Positions 13,401 through 25,400 of a stretch of DNA of 64,000 bases are shown here, one piece after another. Within the stretch, counting starts at the first letter, position 1, and each line of letters opens with the position of its first letter. Under the pieces are notes generated by a model that was not told the origin of the DNA, did not search any database, and saw only the letters and a list, made by a program, of their open reading frames with translations. A program made the translations under genes and the position numbers. The stretch is from Callorhinchus milii (Eukaryota): the NCBI RefSeq assembly GCF_018977255.1, contig NW_024704742.1:138448001-138512000 (forward strand), given 5' to 3'.

Positions 13401-16400
13401 GTCTGCTCCACATCCCCCGCCCCAACCGCCCTACCATCGGTGGCCTTCAGCCTCTCAGCCCCGAGGCTCTGGAACTCTATCCCCAGTGCCTTCACCGCCT
13501 CCTCCCTTTCCTCCTTCAAGGCCGGTCTCAAGACCTTTCTCTTTGACCTTCAGCCTTCAGCTCCCCTCTCGACTCTCTACCCCCTCCTCGCTCCCTCCCT
13601 TCCCTCCCCTCACCCTGACCATTTCCCCCTTCCTCGCTCCCTCCCCTCACCCTGACCATTTCCCCCCTGCTCGGGTCCTGACCCAACTGTACAGCGCCTT
13701 GGGACGTCCTCCCGACGTGAAAGGCGCTCAATAAATGGAATCTTGTTGTTGTTGTTGTCTCCAAGCGCTTCACAGAATATACTGTAAAGTGTAGTGACTG
13801 CATATTTTGTGGGCGGAACGCGAAAGCAGATTGCGCACAGCAGCGTCCCACAAACGAACAACCGTGTTCCTACTTACTGCTGGGTAAACAGAGGCGTGTA
13901 AACAGAGTAAGGAAACTTGCCCAATGAAATGCCTCGATGTTAATTTCTATGTTAAAGTGTAATGACTGTTTTTGGGAAGAAAATGCAGAGCTGGGACCCA
14001 TTCACAGCTTAGAAGTGAAAGTTTTCTATAGAATTAATGGTCAGGCCAATTGGATTAACTCCCTTCTGTTTTCCAATAGTCCTGTGATCTTTAATGTCCA
14101 CCAGGACCGACTCGTATGTGTGACAATACAGTACTCGCCCAATACTGTGACCTTTGCCTTGCCCCCTCCTTTGCCTCTTTCAAGGTATATCTCAAGACCC
14201 TTCTCTTTGACCGCACCTTCAGCCCCCATTCTACCACACCCTCCCCGCCCGCCCTCCAACCCTCCTGATCCCAACCCCCAACTTGGGTCCAAGTCCCTGA
14301 CTGTCTAACCCCTTAGGACATCCTCCCAACGTGAAAGGCGCTGGGTAAATGTCATTTGTGGTTGTTAGAACATCAACTACACTGTGAGCACTAGTCCCAA
14401 TGTGCAGCAGGCACCAACAACCTTGTAAACACAGGAGCATTTCCATGTGTAGGTGCCATACACACAGGTGAAACTCAAGTTTACTTTGAACATTCTTAAG
14501 TATGGAGATGTGTTTCCACGTGTGGTGGACATCCGCCCGACCCCCAAAAAACACAACAACATTCCGACCAGAAGAATTAAATGCATTCAAGAGTTTTCAA
14601 GTTAAAAATAGCCAACGTTTGGTTAGGCTTTTCGATTTTGGATTTCCAGTTATAAAGATTTAGAGTAAGAGTTGACTATTATTAACCTATGTCAGTGGCA
14701 GATCAGATACGCTAATGCTCTCTTGCTTCACAGAACCTGCAAACATTACAAATGAGCTGAGTCATCGGTTAGCAGGGGAAGTTCCTGACTTTGTTTACCA
14801 GCCACAAGATGCAAATGACAAGGATTTCACTGCCTCCATCAAGTTAAACAGAACCCTCGCCTCCCCCCCGCAGAGGAACTCTGAGGTCGTTCAGTTTCCA
14901 AGAAGCCTCCTGAGGTTGCCTACTGCGGCATTCAGCTGAGAAACCACTAGACAGGATGTCCAGTCATATAGGACAGTCCCTGACACACAAAAACAAGCTG
15001 CTCTGGCAACCGCAAATCGGGTGTCGCTTGAAGTGTCTGTAGAAAAGGCACAAATACACAGTGGTGGGCAGTTTGCTTCACAGGCAAAGAGAAGCAGCAG
15101 GAGTGCAGTTTTCTTCACAGGCAGAGAGAAGCAGCAACAACAACAAGATTTCATTTATAGAGCGTCTTTCACGGCGGGAGGACGTCCCAAGGCGCTGGAC
15201 AATTGGGTCAGGACCCGAGCATTGGGAGGAAATGGTCAGGGTGAGGGAAGGGTAGGGAGGGAGCGAGGAGGGGGGAAAATGGTCAGGGTGAGGGGAGGGA
15301 AGGGAGGGGGCAAGGAAGGGGTAGAGAGTCGAGAGGGGAGCTGAAGGCACGGTCAAAGAGAAAGGTCTTGAAACCGGCCTTGAAGGAGAAAGCGGCGAAG
15401 GCACTGGGGGATGGAGTTCCAGAGCCTCGGGGCTGAGAGGCTGAAGGCCCGGCCACCGATGGTAGGGCGGTTGGGGCGGGGGACGTGGAGCAGACCGGAG
15501 CCAGAGGAACGGAGGGTACGGGCAGGTAAGTAGGGGGATAGTAGGTCAGAGAGGTAGGAGGGAGCAAGGCCGTGAATGGCCTTGTAGGTGAGGGTGAGGA
15601 TCTTGAATTCGATCCTCTGGGGGATGGGGAGCCAGTGGAGGCGAGCGAGGGTGAGGGGGGGAGGGTGGGGAGGTGAGGGCGAGGGGGCGAGCGATGGTGA
15701 GGGTGAGGGCGAGGGTGGGAGTGAGGGCGAGGGTGGGCGAGTGAGTGGGCGAGGGTGAGAGTGATGTGGTCCCGAAGCCTGGTGCGGGACAGTACACGAG
15801 CTGCAGAGTTCTGAATGACCTGCAGTGTGGAGGGAGGGCCGGGAAGGCCGCGAGGAGAGAGTTCCCATAGTCCAGCCTTGAGGTGATAAAGGTGTGGACC
15901 AGAGTTTCAGCCGCGTGAGGGGTGAGGTAGTGCCGTAGTCTGGCGATATTCCGGAGGTGATGGAAGGCGGTGCCAGTTGTGGTGCGGATATCAGGGAGGA
16001 AGGACAGCTCAGGGTCGAACAGAACCCCGAGGTTCCTGACCGGCTTTGAGAGGTGGAGAGTGCGGAGCTGATGGTGTCAGCGCCTGAGGTGCGGAGGCGC
16101 TGACGTGAGCCAATCAGGAGGGCCTCAGTTTTGCGCACGTTGAGCTGAAGAAAGTTGTCTCTCGTCCAGGACTCGATGACGGACAGACAGCTGTCAGGAC
16201 ATCGGGGGTCGTGGAGTTGAGGGTAGAGGAGGAAAGGTAGAGTTGGGTGTCATCCGCATACATGTGGAAGTTAACCCCATGTTTGCGGATGATGTCACCA
16301 AAGGGGGAGCATATAGAGGGTGAAGAGGAGGGGACCGAGGACAGAGCCCTGAGGGACACTGCACGAGACAGTGCAGGGGCTGGAGAAAAAAACGTGTGTG

Positions 16401-19400
16401 GGAACAAAATGAAGACGGTGGGAGAGGTACGACCTAAACCACTCAAGGACAGGGCCTTGAAGGTTGAGGTGGGAGGACAAGCGGTGGAGGATAGCGTGGT
16501 CGACCATATCGAATGCGGCCGATAGGTCGAGGAGGACGAGGAGGCAGAGGGAGCCCTGGTCACAGATGGTCAAGATGTCATTGGTGACCTTGACCAGGGT
16601 GGTTTCTGTGCTATGGGCAGCACGGAAACCCGACTGAAGGGGTTCAAATAATGCATGGGTGGAGAGGAAAGAGCGCAGCTGGGAGGCCAAAACTCTTTCA
16701 AGGACCTTGGACAGGAAGGGGAGGTTGGAGATGGGCCGGTAGCTTGATAGCTGCGACACATCAAGGGAGGGTTTTTTCAAAGTGGGAGTGATGATGGCGG
16801 TTTTTAGGGGAATGGGAACAGAGCCAGAGGAGAGGACAGGTTGATGATACCTGTGATAAGTGGGGCAAGGAGGTGGAGCTGAGAGATAAGGAGTGGAGTG
16901 GGGATGGGGTCAAGAGATCAGGAGTGCAGTTTTCTTCACAGGCAGAGAGAAGCAGCAAGAGTGCAATGTGCACCGTTGCTGCAGTGACTGCTAGCTTGGA
17001 GCAAGAAGTCGCTGCACTTTTTGCATTTAGAAATACAGACTCCACAGCCAGCCACAGAAACTAACCTTTACAGAGATTAATCATGCCTGACTGCCTCCTT
17101 TATAATAATAATCCTTACATTTGATATAGCGCCTCATCATATCTTCTAGACGTCTCAAGGCGCTTAACAGAATATACTGTAAAGTGAATTGACACTGTAT
17201 ATTTTGTGGGCGAAAAGCAGCAGCCAACTGCGCACAGCAGCGTCCCACAAACAGTCGTGGATTGAGTGACCAATTTTTTTAAAAAAGGGATTATTACTCG
17301 CGGAAAAGTCATCCGCCAATTGACTAACAACCAAGTTCCTATTTACTGCTGGGTAAACAGAGGCGTGGTGGAGTAAGCTCTGCCCGGGAATCAAACCTAG
17401 GTGCTCTCGCTTGTACGGTGAGTGCCTCCCACTATACTAAGGGACTCCACAGTTAAAGAGGCCCAGTCATAGTAGCTGAAGGCGAGCCATCTAAGGTGGC
17501 GCGGAGGGAACAGGGGACACAAAGCAAACCCAAGTTAGTTGAAGGCGAGTAGAGGCGAGGGAGAAAATCCTCAAATTCAGCATTAATTTGTCACAGTCCA
17601 TCCACCCATCCCCCAACACACATAGCTCTACTGATGTGGGCAGCACCAGGAAATCCTTACCTTTCGAACCAATCGAAGTGCTTGTGTGCGCTCCACCTCA
17701 TTACTCTGCTGTATGTCTATACACCTGAGGAAAGAGCAAAGACAGTAATAATAATAATCCTTGCATTTGATATGGCACCTTATCACATCTTCAAGATGTC
17801 TCAAAGCGTTTCACAGAATGTACTGTAAAGTGAATTGACTGTATATTTATGGGTGAAATGCGGCAATCGTGGATCGAGTGACCAACTTTTTTTTAAGGGA
17901 TTATTATTACACCAATCGACTAACAACCGGGTTCCTACTTCTTGCTAAGTAAACAGATGCGTGTAGAGTAAGGAAACTCGCCCATTGTTTTGCCCTGCCC
18001 GGGAATCAAACTCGGGTCCTTTCGCTTGAGAGGCTAGTGCTCAGGTGAGGCTTGTGTTCTCTCCAGGTGCACATGCTGATAAAATCTCCTAGTTTTATCA
18101 TGTCTCAATGCGCTTCATAGGCAATCGCTGTAAAGTGTAGCACGCGTGTTTACAGGCAAACGCAGCAGGCAATTTGTGCACAGCAAGGTACCGCATGCTG
18201 AGAACAAGCGATTTAGCTGGAAGATTGCTTGTCAGGAGAGACTAATAACACATGACACAGAACTCAGTGCACCCGGCGCTTCCCATCCCCATTTTCTAAT
18301 GAAAGCGGACAGGATTGAAGAGCACTGACCTAGCTATTAAATAGTCCACACGCAGATTTAGCACCTTCTGTAGAATGCTGGGGTCTCGGATGAGATAGCG
18401 GAGGGCACGGAGTCCAGCTGCACGCACCTCTTTAGCTTCATTCAATAACGCTAATCGCAAGCTGCACAAAGAGGAAAAGCAGTTTTAAACTGGGTTAAAG
18501 GCACCATGATAAGCTGTTTTATTTTGTACTGAACAGTAGAACCTGAGAACATGGCCTGCGAATGAAAGGAGATAAGTTCTGAAAAGCTGCAAAAACACTA
18601 TTTCAGTGAGCGAGTAGTAAACATATGGAAAAGGCTCCCTAGGGAGACAGACGATGGAAGCAGAAAGTGTTTGTTTCACAAACAAATTAGAGTTCTGTTA
18701 GGAAATAATATCTGGTGATACAATATATAGTTTGGGACACAACATGTCAAACGACTGCCAGGATGGGGGAAGGCGAACTAGATGAACCTTGGTTTTCTTT
18801 CGCCAGCAAATTCCTATGTTCTTAAAAACATTCATTTTCATTTACAATTAAAAAGTTATACTTAAAACAAAGAAGACATGCTCTTTACTGAGGCACAACA
18901 TTCCACCTAGACTTAGCTTGCAAGACCATTTTGTCTTCACAAAAGTGCAGAATTGTGGAAAAGTAATAATAATGTTTGCATTTGATATAGCGCCTATTGT
19001 GTTGTTGAGATGTCTCAAAGAATTCACAGGATATACTATAAAGTGGATTGACTGTGTTTTGTGGGCGAAACGTGGTAGCCAATTGCGCAGAACAGAGTCC
19101 TACAAACAGTCGTGGATTGAATGAACAAATTATTATTATTTTTTTGCTAATTATTTCAAATTGATGGAGAGGTACTTAAAAGGAAACATTTGCAGTGTTG
19201 GGGGTAAGAGCAGGTGAGTGGGACTAGTTGGTTAGCTCTTTCAAAGAGCTGGCACAGGCACGATGGGCTGAATAGCTTCCTTCTGTGTTGTATAATTCTA
19301 TGATTCTTCTACTGGCCATGAGCGGAGAGGATTTCCTTTGGCCCTTTTGCAAGGACCAGGAAAAGGCAGTGAGATGGATTTGTGGTAAAATTGCAGCTCC

Positions 19401-22400
19401 AGGGAGGGCTCCAGCCTACACTTTACGTATTTCTGAGCACCGTGGAGGTAGAGGCAGCTTCACAGCGGATATATCTATTTGCCAAAGCCCATCGCATGAG
19501 TACCTGGATTAGAGGCTGGTGCTGAATAAACCTGGTACATGGATGGCATTGGACTGGAACCTTGAGAACATCAAGGTGCTTGGCACATCACAAGTGGTTT
19601 TGTAAAGGTCCTCCCACTACGCTGAAGGCACTTGCTGGCCAGATAGCTGATGAGGAAACTCTGAAGCTTGGGACGATAGCTGCTGGAAGGTGTTACCTAG
19701 AGTCCTGGTTTGTGAACACACATTAGCACCTGGAATCCACCTTGATCAGAAACTCCAGAAGAGAAAAAGTGCTGGTCAGACCACACCAACCTGAGAAGGA
19801 AAACTATATAAAATTATATAAAAGAAAAATTATAAACTTACCATAAAATAATTTCTTCATAAGTAAAACCTAGTTTCTCTTCACAGTGGCCAACGTTACA
19901 GAGTAACTGTGAGTGGAAAAGAGAAGAGAGGAGAGAGTGTCAAACACAACAACCTACATTTCCACAACGCCTTTCAGGTGAAAAAAACTCCCCTGCCCAT
20001 ATATTTCAGTTTAAGAACATTCTGACTGCCAAGCCTGCACCAGGATTTTATTAAATAATGGCAACTCTTTGTCTTTATCTTTCTAATCACATTTCCCAAC
20101 AATTTCTCCGTATTCCTTAATACCATTACTTGTGAAGACACTGATCATGTCCCTTTTAAGCACCTCAAGTGCGTGTTTTTGGCCATATGGGGGCAGTGTC
20201 TCCCACATTTTCACAGGCCGCATGTGAAGATATGTCTAGTGCTTGGTTCAGCTCTCAATTAAAACTCCTGGTAAGGTGACAAAGAGATAAAGATGATCCC
20301 AGATGATCTTAGCTTTCCAGAATATCAACTCCAGCATCTCCTCGTTACTGCATTAGATAATTCTTAAATATGTACAGTGGCCGCCTCAACTTTCCTTGTG
20401 ACCACATTGTTGTTGATTCCCTTCTGTGTAGTAATAATAATAGTCCTTGAATTAGATATTTTTTTTCTTCCAGCACAAAAAGAGGCCATTCGGCCCATCG
20501 AGTCTGTGCGACTCTTTGAATAGAGCAATTAATGTCAGTCCCACTCCCCGGCCCTTTCCCCATAACCTGCAAACCCGTCCTCCTCAAATACCCGTCCACC
20601 GCGTTTTTAAAAGTAGTTATCGAATCGGCCTCGACCGCCCTTTCAGGCAATGTTCCAGATTCGAACAACTCGCTGCGTGAAAAAATTTCTTCTCACCTCC
20701 CCTCGGCTTCTTTTAGAGTCTATTTTAAATCTGTGACCTCGAGTCACCGACACTCCCACCAGTGGGAACAGTTTTTCCCTTTCTAACCTATCAAATCCCC
20801 TCATGATTTTGAAGACCTCTATTAGGTCCTCGTAACCTTCTCTGCTCCAATGAGAATAATCCCGGCCTCTCCAGCCTTTCCTCATCATCACGGTCCCTCA
20901 TTCCTGGTCCCATCCTCGTAAATCTCCTCTGTACCCTTTCCAATGCCTTAACATCCTTCCTATAGTGTGGGGCCCAGAACTGGGGCAGTATTCTAACTGA
21001 GGCCTAACCAGTGTTTATATGGGTTAATCATAACCTCCTGACTCTTGTACTCTATGCCCCTATTTATAAAGCCCAGTATCCCATATGCCCTTTTTACAGC
21101 CTTATCTCCCTGTCCTGCCACCTTCAAGGATTCAGTTACCTGCCCCCCAGGTCTCTCTGTTCCTTCACCCCCCCTTAAGATTGTATTACCGCCTATATTG
21201 CCCCTCATTCTTTCTACCAAAATGCATTACTTTGCATTTCCCCACATTGAAACTCATCTGCCATGTGTCGCCCATTTTACCATCTGTCTATGTCTTCCTG
21301 CAGTCGGCTCCTATCCTTCTCACTGTTTACCCCCTCCCTAACTTTGTGTCGTCCGCAAACTTGGAAATGGTACTTGCTATACCCAAGTCCAGGTCATTTA
21401 TGTATATTAAGAAGAGCAGTGGTCCTAATACCGATCCCTGGGGGACACCACTGTACACTTCCCTCCAGTCAGAAAAGCAGCCGTTCACCACAACTCTCTG
21501 CTTTCTGTCTCCCAGTGAGTTCTGGATCCGCTGCCACTGTCCCTTTTATACCATGGACTTCTATCTTTCTTACAAGTCTTTCATGTGGCACTTTGTCAAG
21601 AGCCTCATCACGTCTTCGAGATGTCTAAAGCTCTTCACAGAATATACTGTGAAGTGATTGTATATTTTGTGGGCAAAACACAGCAGCCACTTGCGCAAAG
21701 CAGTGTCCCACAAGCAGTCATGGATTGAATGACCAAATTATTACTATTTTTTTTAAGGGATTATTACCCCCGGAAAAGTGACCCGCCAATTGACTAACAA
21801 CCTGGTTCCTACTTACTGAGAGGTAAACTGAGGCGTGTGGAGTATGGAAACTTGCCTAAGGTTTCACCCTGTCGGGAATCGAATCTAGGTGCTCTAACCA
21901 CTGACAAAGAGATACTTCCTTGGGTCTGTCTTAAAATTGCCCTTCACACCTTCAATCTGTGCCGACCTGCTCTAAGACACTGTTCTGCGTGAAGAGCTAT
22001 ATGAATGCGAGTTATTATTGTATTTTCTATAATATGGAGGTGTCAGATTGGCTCAGTGAATAGTACTCTCGCCTGTGAGTCAGAAGGTTGGGAGTAAAAG
22101 CCCGATGGCAGGACTCTGAACTCATGTAGTTTAGGTTGACACTCCAATGCTGTGCTGAGGGAGCAATGCTTTGTTGGAGATGTAGTCCTTCAGGTGAGAC
22201 ATTAAACCGAGGTCCCATCTGTGCCTGATCAGGTGGATGTTAAAAGATCCCATGATGCTATTGGAAAAGAGTAAGGAGTTTCTCCCAGTGTCCTGGGCAA
22301 CAATCCTTTATTCATGGCTATTTGTGGGACATTGTTGCGTGAAAACTAACTAACCCATTTTGCCTACAAAGTACACAGTCACTACACTTTAGAGTATATC

Positions 22401-25400
22401 CTATGAAGTGCTTAAGATGCCTTCCTGATGATAAAGGCGCTATATCGAATAGAATATACAGCACAGAAATAGGCCAGTCAGCTCAACTGGTTTGTGCTGG
22501 TGTTTGCACTCCACAGGAGTATCCGCCAACTACTCACGTCCTCTCGTACCCTTCTATTTGTTTCTTCTTCATGTCAAGCCCCATTTAAGATTCCAAAGCC
22601 TCTCTTTAATATGGTAATACATAAATAAGAATTGTGAGTTAACACAAAAGATGCTTTATGAAACAAAATAAGTACTTTTGACACTTGCACTCTTATTCTA
22701 ACTATATTTCTCAAAGCCCTTTCTACTTAATTACTGGTAATCTTGCAAAGTATCGTTTTTCAGTTCTCTACTAAACTGTAAGGAGGCGCAAGATTTTTTT
22801 CTTAGGTTAAGGAGGCTCACTATGACAAAGTTTGAAAACTCCTGCTCCAAGAGAATGTTTAAATATTACAATGTAAGCATTATTATTATTATTAAGTATT
22901 GTTCTGAATTTACTTTGTCAATGCTGTTTATACTAATAGTTTTTCATAAGGTCCTCTTTGAGATGTCTCTCTAATAGCCTCTTTAAGAGGATGAAGAAAG
23001 AGCCCTACCTTAAGTACAACATCTTGCACTTATACAGCACTATTCAAATAAGATAATGTCTGAAAGCCCTTTACAGAGAAAATGTGGATAATAATAATCC
23101 TTGCATTTGATACAGCGCTTTTCATGTCTTCTCGACGTCTCAAAGCGCTTCACAGAATATGCTGTAAAGTGAATTGACTATATATTTGTGGGCGAAACGC
23201 GGCAGCCAATTGTGCACAGCAGCGTCCCACAAACAGTCGTGGATTGTAAATGACCAATTTATTATTGTTTTGGAGGGATTATTATCAGCCGTGTGAAGTA
23301 AGGAAACTTGCCCAAGGTTTTGCCCTGCCTGGAGTTGAACCCAGGTGTCTCACTTGCAAGGCGAGTACTCTAACCACTAAGCTACAGGACTCCAAAGAGG
23401 ATCCCTGAGGAAAGTTGGGGGAGGGGAAAACAGGGGTAGGAGAGAGGTAACTAAATGTATAGGTTCAAGAGGTAGGGTCTGGAAGTAAGTTCCAGAGGGA
23501 GAGAGAGAGAGAGAGGCAACACAGCTGAAAGCTGAACCACCATTTTGCCTTTGTCTGTAAAAGGGGTGAGCCATAAGGATGGATAATACAGTGATTGATA
23601 ATCTGTCAGATTTAATATCACTTGAGCTGTTGGTCAGCGCATCTAATCATTCCTCATAGCTCATCAACTGAAGATCACATTGATGGCCATTCTCCTCGGT
23701 AATGCCTGTTGGAGGTGTAAATGGCCACTGGAAGATGCTGACATCAGGGCAAGTCTCTGGCAAGTACCTTGACAAAGTTGTTCAGGTGACCCAGCTTCCG
23801 CATGTTAGATACCCCCTGGGGCTTGGCCACATTCTGCAGGATCTCGCGCAGGTTGTCCTCAGGTTCTACAACAAACGGGAAATAAGACAAAACATTTGAA
23901 AATAGAAAATATTAAATGGAATATGGGGCAATAAATGGGTAACTCGTATATTGAGTTATTACCCCTGTAAAAGTGATCTGCCAATCGGCTAAAAAACGGG
24001 TTCATAATTACTGCTAGGTAAACAGAGGAGTAAGGAAACAAGTAAGGAAACTTGCCTGAGGTTTCATCCCACGTTTTCCAACCTGGGTCCTCTCGCTTGC
24101 AAGGCGAGTGCTCTAACCATTAAGCTACAGGACTCCACTGTACATTGAATCCAGCCACTAGGAAGTGCTACACTATAACCAGCCAAGAATGTACAGGAGT
24201 GAGTAGTGGGGAGTGAGGGAACTCCAGAATGCTTTCCCTCATGTCCTATGAACACGCAGTAGCTTGCTACTGAAGCTTCTGGTAAAAGCACATAGGAGCT
24301 TGGGGAAGCATGAGCTTGATCCCACGCCCAGCCCGAAAGGACCAACATATTCAGTTCCCTGTGTCAGTCAGCAACTTAAAACTATTTATAGTCTGTGCAT
24401 CATGTATATGTAAATGCAGAGCACGAGCTTGAGAAACTACCCTGCAATAAGTTTTATCGAGTTTTGTGGAGACCTGTAGCTCAGTGGTTAGAGCCCTCGC
24501 CTCGCAAGCGAGAGGACCTGAGTTTGATTCCCGGGCAGGGGGTGAGCTTCGGGCAAGTTTCCTTGCCTCACACACCGCTGTTTACCAGCAGTCAGTAGGA
24601 ACCCAGTTGTTAGTCGATTGACGGATCACTTTTTTGGGAGTAATAATCCCTTCAAAAACGAAAAATTATAATTTGGTCACATAATAATTAATTAGTTAAT
24701 TAAGTGACCAAATTATAATTAACAACAACAACAACAACAAGATTCCATTTATAGAGCGCCTTTCACGTCAGGAGGACGTCCCAAGGCGCTGCACAGTTGG
24801 GTCATGACCCGAGCAGGGGGAAATGGTCAGGGTGAGGGGAGGGAAGGGAGGGAGCGAGGAGGGGGAAATGGTCAAGGTGAGGGAGGAAGGAGGAGAGAGG
24901 AGGGGGAAATGGTCAGGGTGAGGGAGGAAGGGAGGGAGCGAGGAGGGGGGAAATGGTCAGGGTGAGAGGGGGGAAGGGAGGGAGAGAGGAGGGGGGAAAT
25001 GGTCAGGGTGAGGGGAGGGAGGGAGCGAGAAGGAGGAAGAGAGTCGAGAGGGGAGCTGAATGCACGGTCAAAGAGAAAGGTTTTGAGACCGGCCTTGAAG
25101 GAGGAAAGGGAGGAAGCAAGGCGAAGGCACTGGGGATGGAGTTCCAGAGCCTGGGGCTGAGAGGCTGAAGGCCCGACCACCGATGGTAGGGCGGTTGGGG
25201 CGGGGGACGTGGAGCAGACCGGAGCCAGAGGAACGGAGGGTACGGGCAGGTAGGTAGGGGGATAGTAGGTTGGAGAGGTAGGAGGGAGCAAGGCCGTGAA
25301 TGGCCTTGTAGGTGAGGATGAGGATCTGGAAATCAATCCTCTGGGGGATGGGGAGCCAGTGGAGGCGAGCGAGGGTGGGAGTGATGTGGTCCCGAAGCCT

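Noticed and set aside
19647..19660. CTGATGA-G-GAAAC resembling a hammerhead ribozyme core
   Set aside because: No room for stem II and no convincing stems I/III.
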